Of a stretch of DNA of 64,000 nucleotides, positions 39,286-49,262 are shown in pieces. A program made the translations under genes and the position numbers. Origin of the DNA: Candidatus Enterousia sp. (GTDB lineage: Bacteria > Pseudomonadota > Alphaproteobacteria > Rs-D84); the NCBI GenBank assembly GCA_045614145.1, contig JAZLCH010000006.1, forward strand, positions 2,421 to 66,420, given 5' to 3'. Position 1 is the first letter of the stretch. Every line of letters starts with the position of its first letter. The notes beneath the pieces were generated by a model. The model did no database searches and was not told where the DNA came from. It saw nothing but the letters and a program-made list of their open reading frames with translations.

Positions 39286-40158
39286 TTAATAATCGTATTC
39301 GTCAACACCTGTGCCCTTGTAGGTTGAGCCCTTGTCGTTAATTGGTGTTCCGAGATAGGTACAACCAATTGTGCCCTTTAGATCCTGGGGGTTCGAAAAA
39401 GTAAAATATCCGAATTCATCTTCTACCCCTTTGGACAATGGGAATACAGTGCATGTTTGTATGCCGATCTCTCCTGTTTTAATGTCAACATAAAGACCAT
39501 TTGAAACCTGTTCAAATGCCCGGTGCGAATACGAGCCGGTATACATTCCACGTGGACACGGCCGACAAATGGGAATGATGTCTTTTTTATCAGCGCTGAG
39601 GCAACCGGCATTTGGATTGTTGGGGTATTCCCCCGTCTCGGCAGCGAGATAGTATCCACCCGAACACTGCAAATAACCAGTTGGATCGTTCTTTGCTGTT
39701 TCTAGCTGGTAACCACCATTAAGGCAGTTGCCAGCGGAAGTGGTACCAGAACCGGTGCAGCTCCAAGTACACTGTCCTGTTGATTGCTCATTGTAACCAG
39801 TTGTTCTGTGATACGTACAACTTTGGCAGTTATCCGGATCTACACCAGCGATATCAGGCATATTACAGGTATAGTTTGCAGGAGTCAACGCGTCATACCC
39901 AGAGCAAACCTCATCAGAATTAGAACAGCCCACCGATGCCGCCCAACCTGTATAACAAAGGGGGTGAAAACCTTGTTCGCCTGATTCATGCTTCACTTTT
40001 ACCATAATATTGTTTTGATTTTTTTCATTTCGGTAAAATTCTTTTCCTGCTAGATTTGTGTTTTCTGAGTCTGTTTCTGCATAAACCGTAGTATTTTTTG
40101 TAAAACATGCCAGTGTACAATAAAAACAATACAGAAAAAATCTTTGGATTGGTTTCAT
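39286..40158 (-). CDS. Secreted cysteine-rich protein with furin/TNFR-like Cys repeats
   Basis: A signal peptide is followed by more than 25 Cys in CxxC / CRPCPRGMYTG-type patterns that resemble eukaryotic cysteine-rich repeats. Confidence 0.4.
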   Translation of the reverse strand: MKPIQRFFLYCFYCTLACFTKNTTVYAETDSENTNLAGKEFYRNEKNQNNIMVKVKHESGEQGFHPLCYTGWAASVGCSNSDEVCSGYDALTPANYTCNMPDIAGVDPDNCQSCTYHRTTGYNEQSTGQCTWSCTGSGTTSAGNCLNGGYQLETAKNDPTGYLQCSGGYYLAAETGEYPNNPNAGCLSADKKDIIPICRPCPRGMYTGSYSHRAFEQVSNGLYVDIKTGEIGIQTCTVFPLSKGVEDEFGYFTFSNPQDLKGTIGCTYLGTPINDKGSTYKGTGVDEYDY

Positions 40159-40264
40159 TTGGGAACTCTCTTTCTGGGGGATATTTTAGTTTAATGCACG
40201 CTGAAATTCAAGTATAATTTATGGGTTGAATATTTATGCAAAATCCACTAAATTCTGTACTGTT

Positions 40265-42322
40265 ATGAAACGCGATTTAATTGATTTTTTAAATTCTGAT
40301 TTGCAATTTATACGCGGGGTTGGCCCCGTGGTGGCAACACGACTAATTGACGTGCTGGGTGGGCGAAGGGTGTTAGATTTCTTGCTGCATCGACCGTCTT
40401 ATGTGCGCGCACGCGGCATAACAGAAAATGTTATGGATGCAAATCCAGGCGATGTAATCACAATCCAGGTGCAAATAAAATCTCATAAACGGGGCGGCGG
40501 GCTTGGACGTGGACGACGCAGACCAACCCAGGTTATCTGTAATGATAAAATGAATAATACCATTGTTCTGCAATTCTTTAATTCAAATTATCTGGATTAC
40601 TGGTTAAAAAAACTGCCCGTGGGAACGTGGCGAATGATTTCAGGTAAACTGGAAAAATCATCACGACCAACAATTAATCACCCAGACTTTATCGAAGAAT
40701 TACAAAACGCAGCAAAAATCCCATCAGCCCAGGTTATCTATCCTGCCGGCGAAGGTTTAACACAAAAAATATTTACAAATATTCGGGATGGGATATTTAG
40801 CGCCCTGCCCGATAAACTGCGCGGCGTGACAGATGGGCGCATAACAGAATTCTTTGATGCATTGGAACATGTACATTATGCGAAGTCTGATGCCGATTTA
40901 GCACCAAATGCAACATACATGGCAAAATTAGCATATTGCGAATTACTGTCGCACCAGGCCGCAATTGTTATCAGCAGAAAAAATCGAACAGATGTACGCA
41001 ACCGACGAATACCGCGACCCACAAAATATAATTTGATGGACAAATTTTGGGAAAATATTCCGTTCGAAATGACCGGGGCGCAAAAACGTACCTGTAATGA
41101 AATCTTTGATGATTTGAAACAAAATATTCCTATGATGCGACTGGTCCAGGGGGATGTCGGCAGTGGCAAAACAATCGTCGCGTTGGCCGCCGCAATAAAA
41201 ATGGCAGAATCTGGGGCGCAGACCGCCCTGTTGGCGCCAACAGATACCCTGGCCCAGCAACACTGGGTAAAAATCAAGCCAATGTGTGATAAAATGGGGA
41301 TTGTTTGCGAAATCCTGACCGGGCGCGACAAGGGCGCATGCAGACGCGAAAAATTAATATCACTGCGTTCTGGACGTACGCGGATTGTCGTGGGAACGCA
41401 TGCACTGTTTTCGAATGATGTGGAATATCGCGACCTGGGGCTGGTTATCATAGATGAACAACATAGATTTGGCGTATCCCAACGCGAAGCGTTACGACAA
41501 AAAGGTAATAACCCAGATATGTTGGCACTGTCTGCAACACCAATTCCGCGAACGCTGTCTATGACCGTGTATGGCGATATGAATGTTTCAATCATTAATG
41601 AAAAACCTGCCGGACGAAAACCTATTAAAACAATCAAAATTTCATGCGGACGTATAATCGAACTGATTGAACGAATAAAACCACAAATTGATAATGGCGC
41701 CAAGGTATTCTGGGTGTGCCCGTTGGTCGAAGAATCTGAAAACGAAAACACAATGGGCGCCGCCGAAGAACGATATAAAATGTTGGCGGAATATTTCCCA
41801 AATGCAGGTCTGGTTCATGGAAAAATGGACAAGAAAGAACGCGACCGCGTTATGACAGAATTTGCCGATGATAATTCAGGTATGCAAATCTTGGTTGCGA
41901 CAACAGTAATCGAGGTCGGTATCGATGTCCCGCGCGCGTCTATTATAGTAATTGAAAACGCAGAACGGTTTGGATTGGCCGCCCTGCACCAATTGCGCGG
42001 ACGCGTGGGGCGCGGCAACACGCAATCGTTTTGCGTTCTGGTATTTGGACGAAACATCAGCGAAGATGGATTAAAACGACTGGACGTGCTGTGCGAAACA
42101 GATGACGGATTTGCCATTGCAGAACAAGACCTGATTATGCGGGGGGTCGGTGAACTGTTGGGAACACGACAAAGCGGATGGATGCGATATCATTTTGTAG
42201 ACTGGCGTGAACACAGGGATTTATTCAAGTTGGCCGCTGCGGCAGCGCGCGACAATGATATTGATTCATGGGAACAGGATTTAATGTTTATCTTTGACCG
42301 TGGGGTGGTGCTGGGTGCGTAA
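40265..42322 (+). CDS. recG: ATP-dependent DNA helicase RecG
   Basis: A wedge/OB N-terminus, a helicase Walker A GDVGSGKT, DEQHRFG and a helicase C-terminus are present. Confidence 0.9.
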   Translation: MKRDLIDFLNSDLQFIRGVGPVVATRLIDVLGGRRVLDFLLHRPSYVRARGITENVMDANPGDVITIQVQIKSHKRGGGLGRGRRRPTQVICNDKMNNTIVLQFFNSNYLDYWLKKLPVGTWRMISGKLEKSSRPTINHPDFIEELQNAAKIPSAQVIYPAGEGLTQKIFTNIRDGIFSALPDKLRGVTDGRITEFFDALEHVHYAKSDADLAPNATYMAKLAYCELLSHQAAIVISRKNRTDVRNRRIPRPTKYNLMDKFWENIPFEMTGAQKRTCNEIFDDLKQNIPMMRLVQGDVGSGKTIVALAAAIKMAESGAQTALLAPTDTLAQQHWVKIKPMCDKMGIVCEILTGRDKGACRREKLISLRSGRTRIVVGTHALFSNDVEYRDLGLVIIDEQHRFGVSQREALRQKGNNPDMLALSATPIPRTLSMTVYGDMNVSIINEKPAGRKPIKTIKISCGRIIELIERIKPQIDNGAKVFWVCPLVEESENENTMGAAEERYKMLAEYFPNAGLVHGKMDKKERDRVMTEFADDNSGMQILVATTVIEVGIDVPRASIIVIENAERFGLAALHQLRGRVGRGNTQSFCVLVFGRNISEDGLKRLDVLCETDDGFAIAEQDLIMRGVGELLGTRQSGWMRYHFVDWREHRDLFKLAAAAARDNDIDSWEQDLMFIFDRGVVLGA

Positions 42323-43622
42323 AGTATTTGCATTTTTAATGGCGATGAGTGTTTGCACATCTGGGTGGACGGCATCACAAATCAGTGACACGGAAACAGA
42401 ACGTGTGATTGGTGAACTGATTGCGCCCCTGGGGGACGCAGCTGGGATTCCAAAGGGACGCTTGAAAATTCACATCATCGATGATGATGATTTTAACGCG
42501 TTCGTTATGGGTGGAGAAAGTGTCTATGTTTACACAGGCCTGTTAAAGCAAATCAAAACACCTGATGCCCTGCAGGCTGTGGTGGCGCACGAGCTGGGGC
42601 ATATGATTGGCGGACATATGGCACAAATGCGCGACCGTATGGCGGCTGAAATGAAACGAACAATGCTGATTCAAGCATTGGGGGTGGGATTGATGGTCGC
42701 AGGCGGCAACCCGTCCCTGGGGGCCGGCGTGCTGGGCGGCGCCAGCGGTGTGGCACAGCAATCTATGTTGGCGTTTTCACGCGACGAAGAAAGAATTGCA
42801 GACAGCATGGGGGTCGATTTGATGATACGGGCCAGGCAAAACCCGAATGGATTTATTGACGTCTTGAAACAAATGCACGAAATGACCGGTGCACTGGAAG
42901 AAAAAATAAACCCAAACAGAATTAACCACCCGCTGACAACAGAACGGCTGAATAGTGTGCGCGAATATCTGGATAAACTAGATTACGATTATATTCCTGA
43001 CAAAAAATTGACAACACGGCGCACAGATGATTATGAAATGGTGCGGGCAAAATTGGTTGGATATCTGGATTCGCCGGCCCAGGTACGCGAAAAATACCCC
43101 TATTATGACAAGTCTGATGCAGCATTGTACGCACGCGCGATTGCAAATATGCAGGGTGGCAATCTGGATGGGGCGCGCATGGGGACGCAAACGTTGATTT
43201 CACGAAATCCTGATAACCCTTATTTTTGGGAACTGATGGGCGATATTCAGTATCAATTTGGTCACTATGACAACAGTGTTGATGCATATGAAAAATCATT
43301 AGAGATGGCAGGAAATGCACCACAAATTCAAACTGCTTTGGCACTGGTGCTGGTAGAACGAAACAAACCAGGCGACAATATCCGCGCAATTGAATTATGT
43401 AAACGTGCATTATTGACAGAACAAATGCCGTTAACATACTGGACTTTATCGCGTGCATACGGCAATACAAACCCGGGACGCAGCGATTGGGCAATGGCAG
43501 AATACTATGAAATGATTAATAAGCATGCAGATGCAAAAAAATATGCAAAACGCGCACAGAAAAATCTAAAGAAAACAGAGCCAGAATATATCAAGGCCGA
43601 TGATATATTAAATATAAAATAA
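42294..43622 (+). CDS. M48-family zinc metallopeptidase with C-terminal TPR repeats
   Basis: The HEXXH motif HELGHMIGGH and a signal peptide are present. The C-terminal half is TPR-like. Confidence 0.7.
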   Translation: MTVGWCWVRKVFAFLMAMSVCTSGWTASQISDTETERVIGELIAPLGDAAGIPKGRLKIHIIDDDDFNAFVMGGESVYVYTGLLKQIKTPDALQAVVAHELGHMIGGHMAQMRDRMAAEMKRTMLIQALGVGLMVAGGNPSLGAGVLGGASGVAQQSMLAFSRDEERIADSMGVDLMIRARQNPNGFIDVLKQMHEMTGALEEKINPNRINHPLTTERLNSVREYLDKLDYDYIPDKKLTTRRTDDYEMVRAKLVGYLDSPAQVREKYPYYDKSDAALYARAIANMQGGNLDGARMGTQTLISRNPDNPYFWELMGDIQYQFGHYDNSVDAYEKSLEMAGNAPQIQTALALVLVERNKPGDNIRAIELCKRALLTEQMPLTYWTLSRAYGNTNPGRSDWAMAEYYEMINKHADAKKYAKRAQKNLKKTEPEYIKADDILNIK

Positions 43623-43628
43623 AAAAAT

Positions 43629-43650
43629 CCCACCCAGAAATGGTGGGAGA
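43629..43650. terminator. Bidirectional terminator between the convergent M48 peptidase and RSH-like genes
   Basis: Hairpin tcccacc-cagaaa-tggtggga is flanked by an A-tract and a T-tract. Confidence 0.55.
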
Positions 43651-43658
43651 TGGATGGA

Positions 43659-45059
43659 TTATTTTTTGTAATAACGCTGAATTTCAGTCATCACAAAGTT
43701 AAACAGTTTGCCCGCCTGGGTCGTTTGTGGCATTGCCCAATCATGCTGCATATATGGCATTGCCGCGACCAACACAAAACGCGCCATAAAATGGAATATG
43801 TTTGCCTGTTGCACACGCGACAGTTTAATCGGCGCATTATCAATGGAAAACAATTCGTTTTCAATCGCATCGTCCAGTTTTTCGTTTATATTATCCAGAA
43901 TTTTTTGTGGATAATATAATTTGCATTCTTTTGGAAAACCTTCGAACATTGCGGTTGAGTCACCCTGGGAATACAACAGATTCCAACCGACGCGGTCAAA
44001 CAAATCTTCCAGACAGTTGCAAATCATACTGTTATATGATTTTACCCCATTTTCCATAAAGGTCGCCAGGCGCGCTTCTATATCATCTGATTTTGCACAC
44101 TTTTTCTTGCGCGCATCTTCATAAGCCAGGTGCGTTTGGCGTTCAAATTCAAAGAATGCACGAACCTGACATATAATCTCCATAGGAATAACAGTTTCAG
44201 GGTTGGGGCCAATGTTAATAACCAGTTTTGCATCACGATAATTGCGTGGATTTTGCATATTATAAAAACTGTCGCGGACTGATATGATACGATCTGGCAT
44301 CATTGCCTGAATCCGTTCAATAAATGTGCGCGCCTGGGGGATTAAATCAAACAGACACTTTACCCGCCAGACATCCTGCAGACGCATGCGCGGTTTTTCA
44401 ACCCGATCCAAGGCACGAACCAAATCAACCGCAATGTTTTCATGCCCAGAACCAATGATGGACAGCACTGTTTCCGATGGCGTTGAAATATATTTTTCAT
44501 TCAGTTTATCGCGGATCTTGGTCGCAATGGCGCGCGCGGACGCTTCGCGTTCGTGCGATGCGATTACGCGGTATACGGTTGACGCAACCTCGTCCACATA
44601 AGAGGCATAGTATTTACCAGTCATTTTATCCAGTGCGCGCCCAATTTTCTTCTGGGCCGCCACAATAACCGTGACAATGGACGATACCGCCAAGTCAATC
44701 TTGTGACCGGCAGTGCTGGTGAAAAATTGATTGCGCATCGGATCCGCATCCAAACGATGCTGCACAATATATGGCGACAGCGGATTAATATCAGAAATGC
44801 GCATAGGTTCGTCAATGGCACTGTCCGAGTCGTAATCATACTTCATAACCGCTGCCTTGGGCGCACCAAAGCATTTGCCCAGAACATAAAACACTTCACG
44901 AAACCAGTGCATACTATCCGAATACAGCAGGCGCAAATGATCAGCCGCAACTTCGTTTATACGCCCAGATTCCAAGGCCCGGTCTATGGCAATCAGATTC
45001 TTTTTGTCATTTTCTGCGGCGATGTCTTGGGCGACTGTTTCAGCACCGATATAAGACAT
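43659..45059 (-). CDS. RelA/SpoT-like (RSH) nucleotidyltransferase-domain protein, 466 aa, no HD hydrolase domain
   Basis: Central motifs are WRVKCLFDLI (compare GRVKSxxSI), DSFYNMQNPRNYRDAKLVI (compare DYIANPKPNGYRSLHLVV) and EIICQVRAFFEFERQTH (compare EVQIRTxxxHxWAExxH). Confidence 0.45.
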   Translation of the reverse strand: MSYIGAETVAQDIAAENDKKNLIAIDRALESGRINEVAADHLRLLYSDSMHWFREVFYVLGKCFGAPKAAVMKYDYDSDSAIDEPMRISDINPLSPYIVQHRLDADPMRNQFFTSTAGHKIDLAVSSIVTVIVAAQKKIGRALDKMTGKYYASYVDEVASTVYRVIASHEREASARAIATKIRDKLNEKYISTPSETVLSIIGSGHENIAVDLVRALDRVEKPRMRLQDVWRVKCLFDLIPQARTFIERIQAMMPDRIISVRDSFYNMQNPRNYRDAKLVINIGPNPETVIPMEIICQVRAFFEFERQTHLAYEDARKKKCAKSDDIEARLATFMENGVKSYNSMICNCLEDLFDRVGWNLLYSQGDSTAMFEGFPKECKLYYPQKILDNINEKLDDAIENELFSIDNAPIKLSRVQQANIFHFMARFVLVAAMPYMQHDWAMPQTTQAGKLFNFVMTEIQRYYKK

Positions 45060-45078
45060 TATTACCCCCTTTGGCTGG

Positions 45079-46554
45079 TCACTTCATTATAGGAAACAAT
45101 ATTATGTCGCGCAGTGTTGGCTGGTCAAAAACAATACTGGCCAGTCTGTCAACACCAACACCAACACCGGAAATCGGTGGGAAACCGTGTTCCATCGCAC
45201 GAACAAAGTCATTATCCGGGTTAAATGCTTCTTCGTCACCGTCGGCAATATTGCGCGCCTGTTCTTCAAACGCCGCCAATTGCTGAATTGGGTTTACAAG
45301 TTCTGAATACCCTTTGCATATTTCGGCGCCACATACCAACAACTGATACATGTCAATGCGTCGGTTGTCGGCATCGTTACGACGGGCCAATGGAACCATG
45401 TACGCTGGATAGTTGTACAAGAAAGTCGGATTGACGATATTGCCTCGAATCTTGCGCTTGTAGACATAGTCAACCAAAGTTGGAATTGATTTCAAATCTT
45501 CCAGTTCAGAATATGGGAACATGCCGTTATCAACCAGTTTTTGACGCAGGGCATCAACATCGTCAAAATCCAGAATATCACAACCAAAGAATTCGTTCAT
45601 CTTGGCCGTGTAATCAATCATTTCATAAGACGAGAAATCTAGTTTTGTACCCTGGTATTCAATCTGTAATGTACCACGACATTTCATCAATAAATCTTGG
45701 ATTAAATCCCACGTAAATTTTATATTATCATTGAAATCCCAATATGCTGCATACCATTCAACCATTGAAAATTCCTGCAGATGCATAGCATCCATGCCTT
45801 CGTTACGAAAATCCTTGGCAACTTCGTATACGCGGTCAAAACCGGCACCAATTGCCTGCTTTAAGAACAATTCTGGTGAAATACGCAACTGAAAATCTGC
45901 ATCTAGGGCATTGTGATGCGTTGTAAATGGGCGTGCCGCCGCACCAGACGCAATGTTCTGCATAATTGGTGTTTCAATTTCTAAAAATCCATGCGCATTC
46001 ATAAAATCACGCCAATATTGCATCATCTTGAAACGCCCCAGCAGCGCATTGCGTGATTCAGGATTGGAAATAATATCCAGATAACGCTGGCGATAGCGGG
46101 TTTCCATATCGGTCAGGCCGTGGTATTTTTCAGGCAGTGGACGCAAAGCCTTGGACAGGATTTCATATGCAGACACCCGAACCGTCAGTTCACCGGCGGT
46201 CGTGTGGTATAAATCACCTGTGATACCAATAAAATCCCCCAAATCAACGTTTGCCTTCATAAATTTATAGTTTTCTTCGCCCAGTTCTTCGCGTGACATA
46301 GAAAACTGGATTTCACCATTAATATCATAAATGCGACCGAACATCAGTTTGCCCAACCAACGCAACGCTGTCACACGCCCCGCCAGACGCACAGGCGTTC
46401 CATCTGACAATTCGCGAGCAGTTTCAATCGTATGCGTGCGGTCAAATTTGTCTTTCCATACAACACCATCACGGTTACGAATGTTTTCAGCCTTTTGCAG
46501 ACGTGCCGTTAATTCGTTTGTTGAAATTGTATTATTTGTTGTATTTTCTGACAT
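45079..46554 (-). CDS. lysS: Lysyl-tRNA synthetase (class II)
   Basis: An N-terminal OB fold and class II motifs FRNEG and GAGFDRVYE are present. ELTVRVSAYEILSKALRPLPEKYHGLTDMETRYRQRYLD is typical of LysS. Confidence 0.9.
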   Translation of the reverse strand: MSENTTNNTISTNELTARLQKAENIRNRDGVVWKDKFDRTHTIETARELSDGTPVRLAGRVTALRWLGKLMFGRIYDINGEIQFSMSREELGEENYKFMKANVDLGDFIGITGDLYHTTAGELTVRVSAYEILSKALRPLPEKYHGLTDMETRYRQRYLDIISNPESRNALLGRFKMMQYWRDFMNAHGFLEIETPIMQNIASGAAARPFTTHHNALDADFQLRISPELFLKQAIGAGFDRVYEVAKDFRNEGMDAMHLQEFSMVEWYAAYWDFNDNIKFTWDLIQDLLMKCRGTLQIEYQGTKLDFSSYEMIDYTAKMNEFFGCDILDFDDVDALRQKLVDNGMFPYSELEDLKSIPTLVDYVYKRKIRGNIVNPTFLYNYPAYMVPLARRNDADNRRIDMYQLLVCGAEICKGYSELVNPIQQLAAFEEQARNIADGDEEAFNPDNDFVRAMEHGFPPISGVGVGVDRLASIVFDQPTLRDIILFPIMK

Positions 46555-46771
46555 TTTTTGCCCTTTTGGTTTATATAAAAAAACAGACGCAGAAATGTGC
46601 GCCCGCAGCTGTTATTCTGTTGGTCGCACCGTACTAGTTAAAACGTTTAAATAAAATCCTCATCTGTTTTGCGCCATATATCTTTTGCATGAATTATATA
46701 TACCTTTTGCGAAAAGTAAAGTAGAAAATATAACTGTTGACAAAACACACATTACGTACTACGCTCTCCGC

Positions 46772-47851
46772 ATGCAAAGACCAGATTTATCTGTTATTAT
46801 CCCCGCATACAATGCAGAAAAAACAATTTCTGCATGCTTGGATAGCATCTTTTATCAAAAGAATGCAGATAAATACGAGATTATTATTGTAAATGATGGC
46901 TCGACAGATAAAACAGGCCTTATCGCCAGACAATATCAGACCAGGTATAAAAACATTACTTTGATTAATCAAAAAAACCTGCATGTATCCGCAGCCAGAA
47001 ATACAGGTATGGATTTCGCAACAGGCCGATATATAACATTTGTTGATGCAGACGACCGGGTCGGAATATCTTATTCGTGTGTTCGCGATTATTTAAGTGG
47101 GAAAAATAACTATGTATATCGGTCAGAATATAATGGATTAAATTTTGAATGTACAAGTTTCAAGACGATGCCAGATTTTCAACCTGTATTCGAACGCTGT
47201 TATTTTACGCGCATGATAAAAATAGCGGACGAGTTCAATGCAGACCTGCTGCTGGCAAATAAAATCACATTGAATAAAGATGAAAAGTATATTAGTTGGA
47301 TGGGTTATAAAGAACTTATGTATTCTGGCGCATACGACAAGACATCGTTACTGATTGATGCTGCAAAACGAGAAAGCGCAAACTTTGCCCTGTATAGTCG
47401 CGATTTTCTGAATGATAACGGCTTGCGTTTTGAACCGGCAATGTCATTGGATGAAGATATATTATTCTGCATGTTGACAGCACTGCATGCAAAAAGGGCA
47501 ACAATGGCACCTAAATCAAACTATCTGTATAACAGATGTTATGGAACGGCGTCTAATATACAAAATGAAATCGTGGCAGATTATAAATATACTATTGCGA
47601 ACATACAACGATTTTCGATTTTATTGTCAAATTTGGGGCAAAATCCAGATTGGGAAAAATTATATACGATGCAATTAAGAGAATTTGCATGTGCAGGTCG
47701 TAAAGCCCGGGATAAATATCGAAAAAACTTTGCAGACTGGTCATGTACATGGTGTGCACGCGAAACGTGCACAAATTGTAAGAAAAGGAAAATATTGGAT
47801 GAAAAAATCAAGATAAATATTGAACAATTCATCTTGCAAAAACAAAAATAA
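46772..47851 (+). CDS. Glycosyltransferase family 2
   Basis: The GT2 N-terminus LSVIIPAYNAEKTISACLDSIFYQ...IIIVNDGSTDKT is present. The ATG at 46772 is preferred over the ORF-track start. Confidence 0.65.
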   Translation: MQRPDLSVIIPAYNAEKTISACLDSIFYQKNADKYEIIIVNDGSTDKTGLIARQYQTRYKNITLINQKNLHVSAARNTGMDFATGRYITFVDADDRVGISYSCVRDYLSGKNNYVYRSEYNGLNFECTSFKTMPDFQPVFERCYFTRMIKIADEFNADLLLANKITLNKDEKYISWMGYKELMYSGAYDKTSLLIDAAKRESANFALYSRDFLNDNGLRFEPAMSLDEDILFCMLTALHAKRATMAPKSNYLYNRCYGTASNIQNEIVADYKYTIANIQRFSILLSNLGQNPDWEKLYTMQLREFACAGRKARDKYRKNFADWSCTWCARETCTNCKKRKILDEKIKINIEQFILQKQK

Positions 47852-47870
47852 GATATTCGCTGGCCTGCAT

Positions 47871-48052
47871 GCAACTCGCCCCTTTGCCGACAAAATCAAA
47901 AAACCGCCCTGACGGACGGTTTTTAAAATTTTGGTGCGAGCAAAGTACTTCGCCGGTATTTTTTACCGGCTCGCCTCGCAACTCGCCCCTTTGCCGACAA
48001 AATCAAAAAACCGCCCTGACGGACGGTTTTTAAAATTTTGGTGCGAGCAAAG
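47871..48052. repeat. Two tandem ~75-bp copies (107-bp period) comprising the tRNA-Gly 3' end plus a terminator hairpin
   Basis: Copy 1 spans 47871-47945 and copy 2 spans 47978-48052; the two are near-identical. Copy 2 contains the 3'-terminal 14 nt of tRNA-Gly. A 32-bp spacer carries the palindrome gccggtattttttaccggc. Confidence 0.7.
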
Positions 48053-48115
48053 GGGCTCGAACCCTCGACCTCAACCTTGGCAAGGTTGCGCTCTAGCCAA
48101 CTGAGCTACGCTCGC
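48039..48115 (-). tRNA. tRNA-Gly (anticodon GCC)
   Basis: Manual fold on the minus strand: acceptor GCGAGCG/TGCTCGC, D-arm GCTC-AGTTGGCT-AGAGC, anticodon loop TTGCCAA, T-arm GAGGG-TTCGAGC-CCCTT, CCA encoded. Confidence 0.8.
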
Positions 48116-48209
48116 ATTGCGTGGTGTATAATGACATATATTTTATTTAATTGCAAGTGTTTTTTATAAAAATTTAAAAGTCCCGAATTTTACAGGACTT
48201 TTTTTACTT

Positions 48210-49199
48210 TTAAAACCATGTCCATGGCTGAAAAACCTTTAACAGCCCCAGCGCAGTGCGCTTGTCCGCATAGGTATGACCACAACGCGGACAGACATTA
48301 AATGGCTTTAATATTGATTTTGCCCGCTTGAACATCATAAACCATATGTACAGGCCGATTGCCCACGCCGCAACAACCAGTCCCCATGCAACATAACCGA
48401 AATATTTATCAACTGTGTTTGTGATAACTGTTATTGTGGTTACATCTGATTTTGATAAATCGTTATAGATTTTTGTTGCAACAGGCCAACTGGACGGACG
48501 CCACGGATAAACATGTTCAATACCATAATTCGTCAGCAATGTTGTCCCCAGACCACCAGATTGTTTATCCAGCGCAGTTTTTATCGCACTGTCCAGTGCG
48601 TTATCAATTTCCGTCTGGGCAACGCGTGTCAGATTTGATTTTACGGAATCTAATTTTTCATTCACCAGTTTGGCGGTGTTATCAACTTTTTCAATGGTAG
48701 AATTTGCCTGGGCAACACCTTGGTCAACAGATGCGACCGCCTTGTCTACACCGTCTGTTTTAACACCAAATTTGTTTGCCAGGCCTGTTAATTTTTTAAT
48801 ACCAGTTGTCTTTTCTGATACCTGGGCGTTTTTTTCACGGGCCGCAGCGGTTTTGTCAGTGACCCGGTCAACCGCGTCTTCGGCAATTTTTACACCGTCT
48901 ATGGCAACTGCAATCGGTTTTTCCAGATTGATAGAATCAGCAACACCGTCCAACAATGCCTCGTATTGCTTTACTATACCCTTTTGCAGGTCAAAGAACA
49001 TAGACACAACAATCGATTTCTTAATCGGGGACGAATATCTGTTTTTTACATGTAACGGGCCCCATACAACCAATGCCAACCATATGACCGTTATTATTGC
49101 AAATATGCGCTTTGTCCATGTTATGACAGACTGTTTCTTTTTAACGGTTTTTGCGCCGCCCATGTCGATTACTTCGACCTCTTTCTTTTTACGTGGCAT
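48210..49199 (-). CDS. Membrane protein with two TM segments, a coiled-coil middle and a C-terminal zinc ribbon (CPRCGHTY)
   Basis: The N-terminal TM segment is IFAIITVIWLALVVWG and the C-terminal one YVAWGLVVAAWAIGLYIWFMMF, followed by CxxC-like CPRCG. Confidence 0.4.
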   Translation of the reverse strand: MPRKKKEVEVIDMGGAKTVKKKQSVITWTKRIFAIITVIWLALVVWGPLHVKNRYSSPIKKSIVVSMFFDLQKGIVKQYEALLDGVADSINLEKPIAVAIDGVKIAEDAVDRVTDKTAAAREKNAQVSEKTTGIKKLTGLANKFGVKTDGVDKAVASVDQGVAQANSTIEKVDNTAKLVNEKLDSVKSNLTRVAQTEIDNALDSAIKTALDKQSGGLGTTLLTNYGIEHVYPWRPSSWPVATKIYNDLSKSDVTTITVITNTVDKYFGYVAWGLVVAAWAIGLYIWFMMFKRAKSILKPFNVCPRCGHTYADKRTALGLLKVFQPWTWF

Positions 49200-49262
49200 A
49201 AGAAAAACTCCTTTACATTATGTAAAAGAGTTTAGACGATTATTATTAGCGTTTGCAACAGT

